Below, piece after piece: positions 41,371-53,233 of a stretch of 58,033 nt of DNA. This DNA is from Octopus sinensis. Lineage: Eukaryota. The stretch spans positions 1 through 58,033 of the forward strand of contig NW_021835316.1 of assembly GCF_006345805.1 (NCBI RefSeq), given 5' to 3'. A program made the position numbers and the translations under genes. Position 1 is the stretch's first letter; the number at the start of each line of letters is the position of its first letter. The notes beneath the pieces were generated by a model that was not told the DNA's origin, did not search any database, and worked only from the letters and a program-made list of their open reading frames with translations.

Positions 41371-41900
41371 GGTAACATGTAATCCAGTACAACCTGTTGC
41401 ATGGTCGGGTCGTCGTCGACTAAACCGGCAACCCCACCAAGCTTGCTTGGTGAGGAGGGTGTTTATTGGACACCCTGCGGGATGAAAAACAAAACCCGTC
41501 AAAGGGCGGAGAAAAATCTTGAGAGTCAACGGCCATCCAATAAATGTCTTAAGGCTGTATCATGCGCGGGGACATAGAAATATCGAACGATGAATACCCG
41601 ATCGCGCGGTTAAACCATGGGAGTGAAAGGACTCCTAGCCTTTGTTAGGGCATCCTTCTAGGAGAAGGTAACTCAGTAACTGGGATAACTCCGACATAAA
41701 ACCTGCGGCTCAGTGGTTACCGATGATGTGACTTGTTCTTCTTTTCGGATTATGACTGCTGTTGCTTAGTGAGTGGGATTGACTCAGTGCACAGCCTTTC
41801 CTCACTTAAAAAAAACTCTTCTTGCACAGGCATTGCACGATAACAACACTGATTACACTTCGTGCAATGGCCATAATCGATAACGAGGAGCCAGCCACCA
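41371..41900 (+). mobile_element. Non-autonomous RTE-derived element, hairpin-rich, embedded in (ATGT)n
   Basis: Contains GGGCATCCTTCTAGGAGAAGGTAACTC..AAAACC, which resembles the RTE 5'-UTR motif. It has no ORF and has (TATG)n on both sides. Confidence 0.65.
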
Positions 41901-41941
41901 TGTATGTATGTATGTATGTATGTATGTATGTATATATATGT

Positions 41942-42155
41942 GGAGGCACATGGCCTAGTGGTTAGAGCAGCGGACTGGCGGTCGAGGGATCGCGGGTTCG
42001 AATCTCAGACCGGGCGGTGTGTGTGTTTATGAGCAAAACACCGAACCTCCACGCGGCCCCGACAGAAGGTAATGGCGGACTTATGCTGACTCTTTCACCA
42101 CAACTTTCTCTCACTCTTTCCTCCTGCATCTTGCAGCTCACCTGCGACGGACATA
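41942..42155 (+). mobile_element. SINE head 2, 3'-truncated
   Basis: GGCACATGGCCTAGTGGTTAGAG (A box) ... GGGTTCGAATCTC (B box). Confidence 0.8.
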
Positions 42156-42479
42156 CCGTATTCACCATTTCATCTGTTCAACAAGCCAATACAACTTAAG
42201 AAAGACGCCATTAGTGCGAAGGACAGTATGTGTGTGTGTGCGTGTGGTGCATGTATGCGTTTATGTGTGTGTTATATATGTGTGCGTGTGTGCGTGCGTG
42301 GCGTGTACTCGTGTGCATGTATGTTTATGTGTACGTTCGTGCGCATTTGTGTGTGTGTGTGCACGTAAATGTGTGAGCGTGTGTCCATGTGTTTATGTAT
42401 GTGCGTGCGGGTATGTATATGTGTGTGTGCATGTTTATGGTTGCACATGTATGAGTTTATATGTTTTTATTTGCGTGTG

Positions 42480-42536
<57 letters not shown>

Positions 42537-42892
42537 GTGTGTGTGTGTGTGCATGTTGGTGACAAAGGTAAGTAGGGTGGATGTGTTTTTGACAAAGAAT
42601 AGAACTAGTGACCCGGTTTCTATTACCGGCTTCGGTGATTTTCTTTGCTCTACTGCAGAATTTTCCCATGGGTGGGGGGAGAATAATTTGCCCTCGTTTT
42701 TGAAACGATTGGGGACTTCAGTATACCTAAGAACATACATACATATTTACATGCAGATATACATACATACACACATACATTCATATATACATACATGCAC
42801 ATACATTCATACATGGATTCATACATACATACATACATACATACATACATACATACATACATACATACATACATACATACATACATACATAG

Positions 42893-43290
42893 TGATTGCA
42901 CCATCTGCACAAATGATTGGCCTTCCACTATCTCTGAGCTTTTTCATTTTCAGTGGCATTTCGACACTCTGTTATGACCCTCTCAAATTACTATCCAGTC
43001 CCGCTGCAGGCCTGCATGGTTTGAAGCATAAGTGACAGACGGAAGTTGTAACTTCCATTGGATTGATCGGATCACTTTGTGAGATATGATCTCTGTGAAG
43101 CACGATATGTTTCTTAAGACCCAAAATAGACCTGAGCCTTTTCACATGTCACACACGCTGAATCTCTCGGTCTAGGAGGAAAAATGTTGCATATAGCTGA
43201 TTTCGGGACTTTAAATGGTTGACGTACCCAGCCTTTGCTACAGTTAATAGAGATGCTCTGAGATCAATCGTTGGTCGGGTGCCCACTACT
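42893..43290 (-). pseudogene. 3' end of an RTE-like LINE with decayed C2H2 zinc fingers and (TATG)n tail
   Basis: KAGYVNHLKS, CVTCEK..RSILGLKKHIVLH and CHLCFKPCRPAAGLDSNLRGH. Confidence 0.6.
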
Positions 43291-44119
43291 ATTTGTATGT
43301 TTAAACAGTTGCACATACACACGTACATACATACATTCATACATACAAAAATACCCTGTTGATGTTGAAATTTCAATGAAGGAGCCTTGGATCTAGGTTA
43401 GAAACCGGGTCTGTCTCTATCGGCAAGAAATCTTGAAATAAACTGAATAATGACAGACATATATTCATATACGCATATATGCAGACATACGTACGTAACT
43501 GTGTACGTACATAGTACGTTCGTATGTACATACATAAAGATATCATAATGAAATAATGGACAACTTATAACTTTTATATCCAGACTATAGATTTTCATTC
43601 GTAGCTATTATTATTATTATTTGTGCATTGGGTTATGTAACAACAGATTTGTACAAAAGCCTAGAAAAGGTGGAGTCCTGTAAAGAACAAACGAAGCAAA
43701 CTAATTCTTATTTTCTGTGTACAATCGATGTGTTGTAGAGTGAGAATTTGTACAACATTCCTAAGGTTCTCTATTGGAGGTTTCTGGCCTGACGACAGAC
43801 GCACGCACGCACGCACACACACATACACGCACAGACACGTAGAGTAATGAAACCCACACACTTGTTTTCTAAAGTGATTTGATATATGAGTATAAGTTTT
43901 TCCTCTCCCTCACATATATAAATTTACGCATTACCAAATTCACATATCCAAGAACCCCCAAAATTTGCAGGGTGCGTGTTAGCTGGTCACCTTGCCTGAA
44001 ACTTTAACTTTTGAGATGGTCTATTAGACATTTACTAACACAGACAAAAGCTATAATAATTTAAAATTCAAATGTCAATTTATATTTTGGTTAGAGAATA
44101 TGTCTGTATGTGATTTATG

Positions 44120-44150
<31 letters not shown>

Positions 44151-45473
44151 GTATGTGTGCGTGCGTGTGTGCGTATGACATCAGGTACAATGTTGGTTCG
44201 TTTTCAACTAAGCACAACATCGGTAGGTTTGCTGAGATGGTACACAATCGATTGTATCGATCTCAATATATTACTAGTATCTATCTCATAAACCTTGAAT
44301 AGGTAAAAGAAAAAAAAACAAAGCAAAACAAAAAAAATCGCGTTGGAGTTGAACTCATTATCTCGAGAGAGGAAACTACATTGTAATAATGTATATTTTT
44401 TAGTTCATAAGGTAAAAAGAGCTTTGCCCATAAATTCACTTAGTGATTCTCCAAGGTGTGGAGAAAGGGTGGAAGTTATTCTCATACTGGACACCTGGGT
44501 ACTCAGATGAATGCAAGGAAGTGGATTCTGCTCATAAGCACCAAAAGATTAGATGGTGATGCTAGACGATAAATCCAGAATCCCACTGGTTCGGTTATTT
44601 CAATAGGTTTAGCTTTCATTATAGAATCACAGTTGACATTTCATGGTGATCTTTTTGTATACACCACTTACGAGTGACTTTTTTAAAAAATAAATCGACA
44701 AGAGACATATGGTCCAGATGTAGTGATTGTTCCACAGGATTTCTCCGTTTCCACAAACCGAATTTGGTGTCTTCTTTGATTCTAGTTCAAGACATTTCGC
44801 GTAATAACCAATATTAATATCCTTGAGATAAGCATGAACGTCTCGCCGTCTCTCTATTCCATTTCATCAAATTTGATGTTTTGTGCACACGTAAAAAAAT
44901 CCATATAAATACTTTTAGAGGTTAAAGAATCGTAGGGTGTAGCGTCATTATCAATCAGTCCATTGGGTCTACATATTAATCCCAGTACTCCCAACTCTAT
45001 ACCATTCCCTAGAAGACAGAGGTCATGAAATGTTACTGGAGATCAACAAGCCTCTAGATCTCTTCCACAATTTCAAGGTTTTTGTCCTGTAGAGTATTGT
45101 AGACCCCAGTTTGAAACATACAGGATTATAACAAAAAGTGAGAAGTGTTTTTCAGTTCATTTAAAATCAATCGTCATAAATTATTGATTTCTAAAATGTA
45201 TACGACCATACATTCGTATAACTAGATATACAAGAGAAGTAATATTAATAGTTGTATGGAACAGAAGCAGAATCAAATAAAAATTGAAAGGTAATTTTTA
45301 GCAGTATTTGTACAGATATAACATATTTTATGGACTCGTGTTTAAAAACAATATACCTCGGATGTGTTGCAACGATGTATTTCGAAGGGAATGAAAAATA
45401 AAAACATTTCAATAGTTACCACATGTACTCGAGTTTCCACATCAATGAACAAATAAAATATACATACATACAT

Positions 45474-45507
<34 letters not shown>

Positions 45508-45616
45508 GCATATGTACATACACACACACATATACATATGTATATATATATATATATATATATACATGCATATGTACATACACACACACATATACATATG
45601 TATATATATATATATA

Positions 45617-45870
45617 TCATCATCATCATCATCATCATCATCGTTTAACGTCCGCTTTCCGCGCTAGCACGGGTTGGACGGTTCGACCGGGTCTGGGAAG
45701 CCAGGGGCCGCTCCAGGCTCCAGTCTGAATCTGGCAGAGTTTCTACGGCTGGATGCCCTTCCTAACGCCAACCACTCCGTGGTGGATTGGGTGCTTTTTA
45801 CGTGCCACCTGCACAGGGCCGGAGGGTCCGGCATCGTCACGATCGGTTCGAGCATTTTAACGTGTCAGCG
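45617..45870 (-). mobile_element. SINE 3' part with RTE-like motif and (GAT)n tail
   Basis: Minus strand GGTTGGCGTTAGGAAGGGCATCCAGCCGTAGAAA...GGACGTTAAACGATGATGATG. Confidence 0.7.
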
Positions 45871-45888
45871 GCACGGGTGGCAACGAGG

Positions 45889-45977
45889 TCCGGGGTACTT
45901 TGGGGATCGGGGTACTTTGGGGACCAGGGTACTTTGGGGATCCGGGGTACTTTGGGGATCCGGGGTACTTTGGGGAT

Positions 45978-45979
<2 letters not shown>
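45889..45979 (+). repeat. 17-18-bp G-rich minisatellite, 5 copies
   Basis: (CCGGGGTACTTTGGGGAT)n. Confidence 0.95.
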
Positions 45980-46040
<61 letters not shown>

Positions 46041-46695
46041 GTGTGTGTGTGTGTGTGTGGTTGTGTGTGTGTGTGTGTGTGCGCGTGGTCAGGGTGTTAC
46101 ACTCAGGATTGCGAGATCACGGTTTCGATTTCCAGAAAGGGCGTTGCGTTGTGTTCTTGAGCAAAACACCTCATTTCACATTGCTCTGCGATCATTTCGT
46201 CATATGACACGAGGCACATCATGTACCTGTACAGGTAATATTGATATAATGGAGGGTGTGAGCTTATGTGGATACGAACTTTTGATCATTATAAGCAAAT
46301 CATCTGTGTCGTTTGTTCAGCAAGAAATTGCAGAATCCTCATACGCCGTCGTCTAACGATGGGTGAGTCCTCCCAAGCCTAAGGGGCTGGACTCAGTCTC
46401 ACTGTGTGACTCCTTGAGCAAGTGTCTTCTACTATAGCTTTGGGTCGACCAAATCTTTGCTGTGGATTTGGTAGACGGAAGCTGAAAGAAGCTCGTCATA
46501 TATATATATTTGTGTGTATGTGTGTGACAGTGGCTGTTGGTGTTCCTGTAATCTACGGTTTGACAAAAGAGATCGATAGAATAAGTACCAGGCTAAAAAA
46601 AATGGAATAAAAGTACTGGGGTTGATTGGGTTTTCAACGAGCGAATGACTCTGCTTATCAAGGCAGAGTTATTTTTAATAGCAAATTTAAATGAT

Positions 46696-46962
46696 GGCGC
46701 GTGGCTTAGTGGTTAGGGTATTCGGCTCACGATATTAAGGTCGCGAGTTCAATTCCCGGCGACGCGCTGTGCCTTTGAGTAAGACACTTTATTTCCCGTT
46801 GCTCCGGTCCACTCAGCTGGCAAAATTGAGTTGTACCTGTATTTCAAAGGGCCAGCCTTGTCACATCCTGAGTCACGCTGGATCTCCCTGAGAACTACGT
46901 TAAGGGTATACGTGTCTGTGGAGTACTCAGCCATTGCACGTTGTCATAACCGACGGAGTGCC
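46696..46962 (+). mobile_element. SINE (head 1 plus tail c, internally deleted)
   Basis: GGCGCGTGGCTTAGTGGTTAGGG..GAGTTCAATTCCC..AACCGACGGAGTGC. Confidence 0.85.
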
Positions 46963-47849
46963 AGTTAGTTACTAGAAAATATAAAGTTTAAGGTTTGAAT
47001 GTAATAATTTAATTAAATATAATAATCCAACTAAACTCTATATTTGCTAGTAAACCAAAATTAAAAGAAAGAAATTAATAGTGAGTTGCAGCCCTGATAA
47101 GTAGAATAATTCGAACCTTGTAAGTCGAATCTGGTAACATTGCATAGAAGTTCCTTCTTTGGGCATGTCAACAAGTGAATGCTTTGAAACCGCGTTCGCC
47201 TACAAGGCTTCTCTTTCATAACTGAAATTTGTATAAAGAGGCTATTGAAACTGTTGTGCGTGATGTTATTTTTTTTTTAATTCAGCAAAATAAAGGACAA
47301 GTATTTGTAAAGATTTCAAATGTTTAACAATCCCGAGACAGAATACAAAGTAATGCAGTTATGTGTTGCTTCGGGTATGAAGAGGTGTTTTTTTTCTTTT
47401 TTTTTGTTTTCCTTTTTTTGTTTTTTCAAAGTAGAAAAAAATTTAATCTTTGAAAAGAGGAGGCGTGGTAGAAAACAAAAAAAAAAAAGGAAAGAGAATG
47501 ATGAGATGAATAAATAGAAAGAGAATGTGGGGTGATCTATGTCTTATGTACAAAACTAGAAAAATGCATAGATTTGTGGGGAATGAAACACTGCGATGTT
47601 CCTGCCTTCCTCGATCGCATTAACGATGAGTGTTATGAGAAGTAGGATTTATCAGGAAGCAAAAACTAGGGTACCCGATAGTGTTTGCAGGAGGGTATCC
47701 TGTACACTATGTCCTCCCCATGGTCTTCTGTAGATACAGGCTCCTTATGAATAGGTGCGAAGATATTCTGCTTTAGGAGGAAGAAAATTGAAGGCAGCAA
47801 CGTTCAAGCCTTCCTCTAACAACAACAACAACAACATCAGTAATATCAG

Positions 47850-48092
47850 TTTCAAATTTTGGTACAAGGCCAACGATTTCGGTGGAGGCGATATGTCGAT
47901 TACATCGATCCCTGTACGTGATAGGTACTTCATTTATCGAGCCCGAAAGGAGGCGGATTTAGAACTCAGAACGTAAAGACGGACGAAATACCTATTTCTT
48001 TACTACCCACAAGGAGCTAAACATAGAGGGGACAAACAAGTACAGACAAACGGATTAAGTTGATTACATCGACCCCAGTGCGTCACTGGTAC
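47850..48092 (-). mobile_element. SINE family A chimera of two tail subtypes
   Basis: Junction GAAATACCTATTTC at 47985-47998. Confidence 0.8.
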
Positions 48093-48468
48093 AATACAGC
48101 CAGGCTTGTACATTGGACACTGCAACAAGTATGGACTTGACAGAGCAAAAAATTGGTACGAACACAAACCTGAAGGCATCTTCGAAAATAGAAATGCAAA
48201 GATCCTATGGGATTTTATGATTCAGTACAACCATGAGATAGAGAATAGGAAACCGGACGTAGTCTTAATTGAGAAAGAAAACAAACTATGCTGGATCATA
48301 GATATAGCATGCCCAGCTGACAACAAGGTATGAGATAAGGAAGAAAGAAAAGTCGAGAGATATGGCAGGTTAGCTCGGAAAGTTAAGCAGTTGTGGTCGA
48401 TGAAAAAGGTAGCAGTAGTACCAATAATTGTCGGAGCCCTTCGAAGAGTGAGCAAAAATCTCGAGAAG
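48093..48468 (+). pseudogene. R4/Dong-like LINE restriction-like endonuclease fragment
   Basis: WYEHKPEGIFENRNAKILWDFMIQYNHEIENRKPDVVLIEKENKLCWIIDIACP..*DKEERKVERYGRL..VVPIIVGAL, a PD-(D/E)xK-type RLE. Confidence 0.88.
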
Positions 48469-48943
48469 AATGACGGACAAAATGCTGCTAAACATTTTTG
48501 CCCATTTTAGGATAATAAAAATAACGATAAGAATAATAGTAGATAAAATAAAAAGGACAGGCAAATGGTTGGAGTTGATACATAAGATACTAAATAGATT
48601 CTAATTTGAACTTCTATTTCACATTTATTCATTGTATTAGTACATCGTTTTGTTCCCTCGTCCTCCTCTATTACTATCTACGTCTTTTTCTTTCTTTTCT
48701 CTGTCTGTCTGTGCCACACTCTCTAAATTAGACTAATTTACATAACTTTCGTTGATTAGTAGCAGACATTGAACAAATAACGGTGAAGGATAAAGAAAAA
48801 AAGAAGAAAAAATGCAATAACTACCTCGTGTAATTTAGTCCAAATTGCAATCTAGCAGTCAACTTTAGTTTTAATCTATCAGAGGTGGGACAGCGATAAA
48901 ATATTTAACCATCAATTACTGAAGCCCGTTTACAAACATCCAT

Positions 48944-49100
48944 GATGAGAATGGAATTATAATAGAAGCACTGAGGACATTTTCGTCCTAGATTAGAATG
49001 AAATTATAATAGAAGTTATGAAGACATTCACATCCTAGATGAGAAGGGAATTATAATAGAAGCTATGAGGACACTCTCGTTTGATAGAAGCTATGAGGGT
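48944..49100. repeat. 47-bp minisatellite, ~3.3 copies
   Basis: Units start at 48944, 48991 and 49038 (GATGAGAATGGAATTATAATAGAAG...). Confidence 0.9.
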
Positions 49101-49580
49101 GTAATTTTATATGGAAGAGGAGGAGACGAAGATTATGCTTATGAAGTTGGTAGCTCCAGCATGACTATAGACCACTGACTGAACCAATGAAACAAAAAAG
49201 TAGTGTCCCAAGTACAAAGTCCAACTTTTTATTCCTCTCAATAAAAAGAAAAAGAAATCCCTTTCTATGGTCGAAACATACACTCAAGAAACATTGACTG
49301 AACATCCATTTGATACGGATATTCACTTGAAAAACTTTTTACCCTTTGTAGAACCTGCGAACATTAAAGGATTGTGTAGACACCAAGTGTGAAATTTTCT
49401 CATTATGTCCACACTTTACGTAGGTACGTTTTAGTAGAAGTTAGGGAGAACCTAGCAGACGAACGACAACCAATTACTCTAGTCGCGATTATATTGAGTT
49501 CCATCAGTGTATACACACTGTGGCATCGTGTTTGTAACTATGCATATATATATATATATTATATATATATATATATATAT

Positions 49581-50011
49581 AGTTAATCCAAACAAGAAAA
49601 CAAAAAAAACGCAAGGACGTGGAACAAATAAAGTATTATTGGACGCTCAGGAAAGAAGGGAAGAAGGAGGGTTTAACGTTTCGAGCGGAGCTCTTCGTCG
49701 GAAACATAGGAGAAGGAAAGATCCCGAGAAGGGAAGACAGAGGAAAAAAATCGCCAGTGGTACTCACGCGGTCACATGCGCCCTTTTAAAGCTTAGCCAG
49801 GCTCAAGGGCCCGGTTTCAATGGCATATGTGTTCCCCAGCTGGACAGGACGTCAGTCCATCGCAGCGTTACTCATTTTTATCAGCTGAGTGGACTGGAGC
49901 AACGTGAAATGAAGTGTTTTGCTCAAGAACACAACGCGTCACCCGGTCCAGGAATCGAAACCACAATCTTACGATCATGATGCTGACACCTAACCACTAA
50001 GCCACGCACCT

Positions 50012-50051
<40 letters not shown>

Positions 50052-50478
50052 TGATCTCATCTAATTGTTATTCACCACCTGGATGTGCAAACACCTAAAA
50101 ACTGATAACTCTCCCATATCTCAACTTTTTTAATAATTTGCTTTTTCTTACGCTTCCCTTGTTTGTTTACAAGATTTTCGTCCCTTATAAGAGTCTAAGT
50201 CTATTGCTATTCAGTTAATTATCTCCTCAAGATTACTCCCTATCTTTTTCAAATCACGTGTGCTCGTTAAACATCACTTAACTCATTTGGAGTTACTAAC
50301 GCATCATATTGACATTACGAGTTGAGAAATGGCGAAATAAATTTAATATTTCGTTCAGAAAATACTGGTTAATTGAATTTCACCTGGATTTTTGTATGTC
50401 TTTTATTAATAATATATTCACCCTTTTAGTTGACCGAGTGCTCCGCTTTTTGTTGAATTTCATATTACGGGTTTATAT

Positions 50479-50510
<32 letters not shown>

Positions 50511-50936
50511 GTTAATCCAAACAAGAAAACAAAAAAACGCAAGGACGTGGAACAAATAAGTATTATTGGACGCTCAGGAAAGAAGGGAAGGAGGGTTTAA
50601 CGTTTTGAGCGGAGCTCTTCGTCGGAAACATAGGAGAAGGAAAGATCCCGAGAAGGGAAGACAGAGGAAAAAAATCGCCAGTGGTACTCACGCGGTCACA
50701 TGCGCCCTTTTAAAGCTTAGCCAGGCTCAAGGGCCCGGTTTCAATGGCATATGTGTTCCCCAGCTGGACAGGACGTCAGTCCATCGCAGCGTTACTAATT
50801 TTTATCAGCTGAGTGGACTGGAGCAACGTGAAATGAAGTGTTTTGCTCAAGAACACAACGCGTCACCCGGTCCAGGAATCGAAACCACAATCTTACGATC
50901 ATGATGCTGACACCCTAACCACTAAGCCACGCACCT

Positions 50937-50974
<38 letters not shown>

Positions 50975-51401
50975 TGATCTCATCTAATTGTTTATTCACC
51001 ACCTGGATGTGCAAACACCTAAAAACTGATAACTCTCCCATATCTCAACTTTTTTAATAATTTGCTTTTTCTTTACGCTTCCCTTGTTTGTTTACAAGAT
51101 TTTCGTCCCTTATAAGAGTCTAAGTCTATTTGCTATTCAGTTAATTATCTCCTCAAGATTACTCCCTATCTTTTTCAAATCACGTGTGCTCGTTTAAACA
51201 TCACTTAACTCATTTGGAGTTACTAACGCATCATATTGACATTACGAGTTTGAGAAATGGCGAAATAAATTTAATATTTCGTTCAGAAAATACTGGTTAA
51301 TTGAATTTCACCTGGATTTTTGTATGTCTTTTATTAATAATATATTCACCCTTTTAGTTGACCGAGTGCTCCGCTTTTTGTTGAATTTCATATTACGGGT
51401 T

Positions 51402-51405
<4 letters not shown>
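49581..51405. repeat. ~929-bp tandem duplication (PLE fragment, SINE and unique DNA)
   Basis: AGTTAATCCAAACAAG at 49581 and 50510. The copies are near-identical and bounded by (TA)n. Confidence 0.95.
49671..49705 (-). ncRNA. Minimal type I hammerhead ribozyme-like motif (PLE-associated)
   Basis: Minus strand GTTT-CCGACGA-A-GAGC tcc GCTC-GAAA-CG-T-T-AAAC. The duplicate at 50595-50629 has GAAA>AAAA. Confidence 0.6.
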
Positions 51406-51432
<27 letters not shown>

Positions 51433-51614
51433 AGCTTTTATATTGACGAGGAGGTCAAACGAACTTTATTAGTATCTCAGGAATTCTCAATCTTTAACGT
51501 TACGAGCCTAGTTCAACAGATCAGAAAGAAGGAGAGCATGCGTGCAGTAGCTAACGAATCAACATGGCGATCTGATTTCGGCCAGAGTCAAAGATCAACA
51601 TATATATATATACT

Positions 51615-52038
51615 CTTTACTCTTCTACTCTTCTACTATTTTACTGTTTCAGTCAAGTGACTGTGGCCATGCTGGAGCACCGCCTTTAGTTGAGCGGATC
51701 GACCCCAGGACTTATTCTTTGTAAGCCTAGTACTTATTCAATCGGATTTTTTTGCTGAACCGCTAAGTTACGGGTACTTAAACACACCAGCATCGGTTGT
51801 CAAGCGATGTTGGGGGGACAAACACAAACACACAAACATATACACATACATACATATGTACACACACACACACACATATATATATACACACATATATACG
51901 ACGGGCTTCTTCCAGTTTCTGTCTACCAAATCCATTCACAAGACTTTGGTCGGCCCGAGGCTATAGCAGAAGACACTTGTCCAAGGTGCCACGCAGTGGG
52001 CCTGAACCCACAAGTATGTGGTTCGTAAGCAAGCCACT
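51615..52038 (-). mobile_element. SINE family C, near full-length with internal microsatellite
   Basis: Head GGAGTGGCTGTGCGGTAAG..GGGTTCAGGCCC, then a CORE-like GCACCTTGGACAAGTG and (TA/TG)n at 51820-51900. The tail is CCAGCATGGCCACAGTC..TGACTGAAACAG. Other copies lie at 52317-52490, 53825-54480 and 56091-56495. Confidence 0.85.
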
Positions 52039-52058
52039 TACCGCACAGCCACTCCAGC

Positions 52059-52100
<42 letters not shown>

Positions 52101-52253
52101 ACATATATATATATACGTACGCACACACACACACATACAGGGTGCGGCAGAAAAACCTGCCATATATTACAGTTTTTAAAGCAGTACTAGTGAAGTTGGA
52201 TAGGTGGTAACGGTGTCTTCATATCACTAATGTGGAAAGATTTTTGCTGCATC

Positions 52254-52284
<31 letters not shown>

Positions 52285-52770
52285 CATACATACGTACGTA
52301 CATATATACATATATACTCTTTACTCTTTTACTTGTTTCAGTCATTTGACTGCGGCCATGCTGGAGCACCGCCTTTAGTCGAGCAAATCGACCCCGGGAC
52401 TTATTCTTTGTAAGCCCAGTACTTATTCTATCGGGCTCTTTTGCCGAATCGCTAAGTGACGGAGACGTAAACACACCAGCATCGGTTATAATATAAATGA
52501 TATATAAATATATGCATATATACATATATATGTACATACCTACATATATATGTATATATACATGCATATATGGGTACAGGACATAAAAAAAAACGTAGAC
52601 AAAATGAGAAACGAGAACATAAAAAACAAAAACATAGAAAACGGACTTTTTTACGAACAACGAAAGAAAGAAAGAAACAGAGAAATGAGACAGGCAACAT
52701 AAAGAACATTCCTTTCATAAGTTGTCCCCTGTTTTATTTACTCCGCGTTTCGAAGGTAGGGACAAGACGT

Positions 52771-52813
<43 letters not shown>

Positions 52814-52816
52814 GTC

Positions 52817-53132
52817 GACTGGGATGTGTTATCCCACCCTCCGTATTCACCCGATATTGCTACTTCGGATTCCCACTTATTCAGGTCTCTACAGAATAGT
52901 CTTAATGGTAAAACTTTTAATTCCTTGGATGACGTAAAAAGATACCTTGATGAATTCTTTGCCATGTAACCACCCCAATTCTGGGAAGAGGGTATTTTCA
53001 AGTTAAAGGAAAGATGGAGACGCATTGTGCGACATAATAGTTCATATTTGGTTGATTAAAAATGTAATGGCAAGTATTTATTGACCTTTTTATTACCTTT
53101 AAAAATCGGCACGAACTTTCCGGACAACCCAA
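52817..53132 (+). mobile_element. Mariner 3' fragment with right TIR
   Basis: DWDVLSHPPYSPDIATSDSHLFRSLQNSLNGK...; it ends CGAACTTTCCGGACAACCCAA|TA. Confidence 0.9.
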
Positions 53133-53140
53133 TACACACA

Positions 53141-53233
<93 letters not shown>

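Noticed and set aside
41942-42015. tRNA gene calls for A/B-box sequences
   Set aside because: They continue into SINE bodies, lack a proper acceptor stem and terminator, and are multi-copy SINE heads.
44400-45100. Unique-looking stretch tested for coding remnants
   Set aside because: The frames I translated have many stops and no motif I recognise.
48944-49100. CRISPR-like array (the 12.2-13.1 kb repeats were also considered)
   Set aside because: The units are contiguous tandem repeats with no unique spacers, there are no cas genes, and the context is eukaryotic.
52136-52256. Small Tc1/mariner-like MITE (TACAGGGTGCGGCAGAAAAACC)
   Set aside because: The right TIR is too degenerate to confirm.
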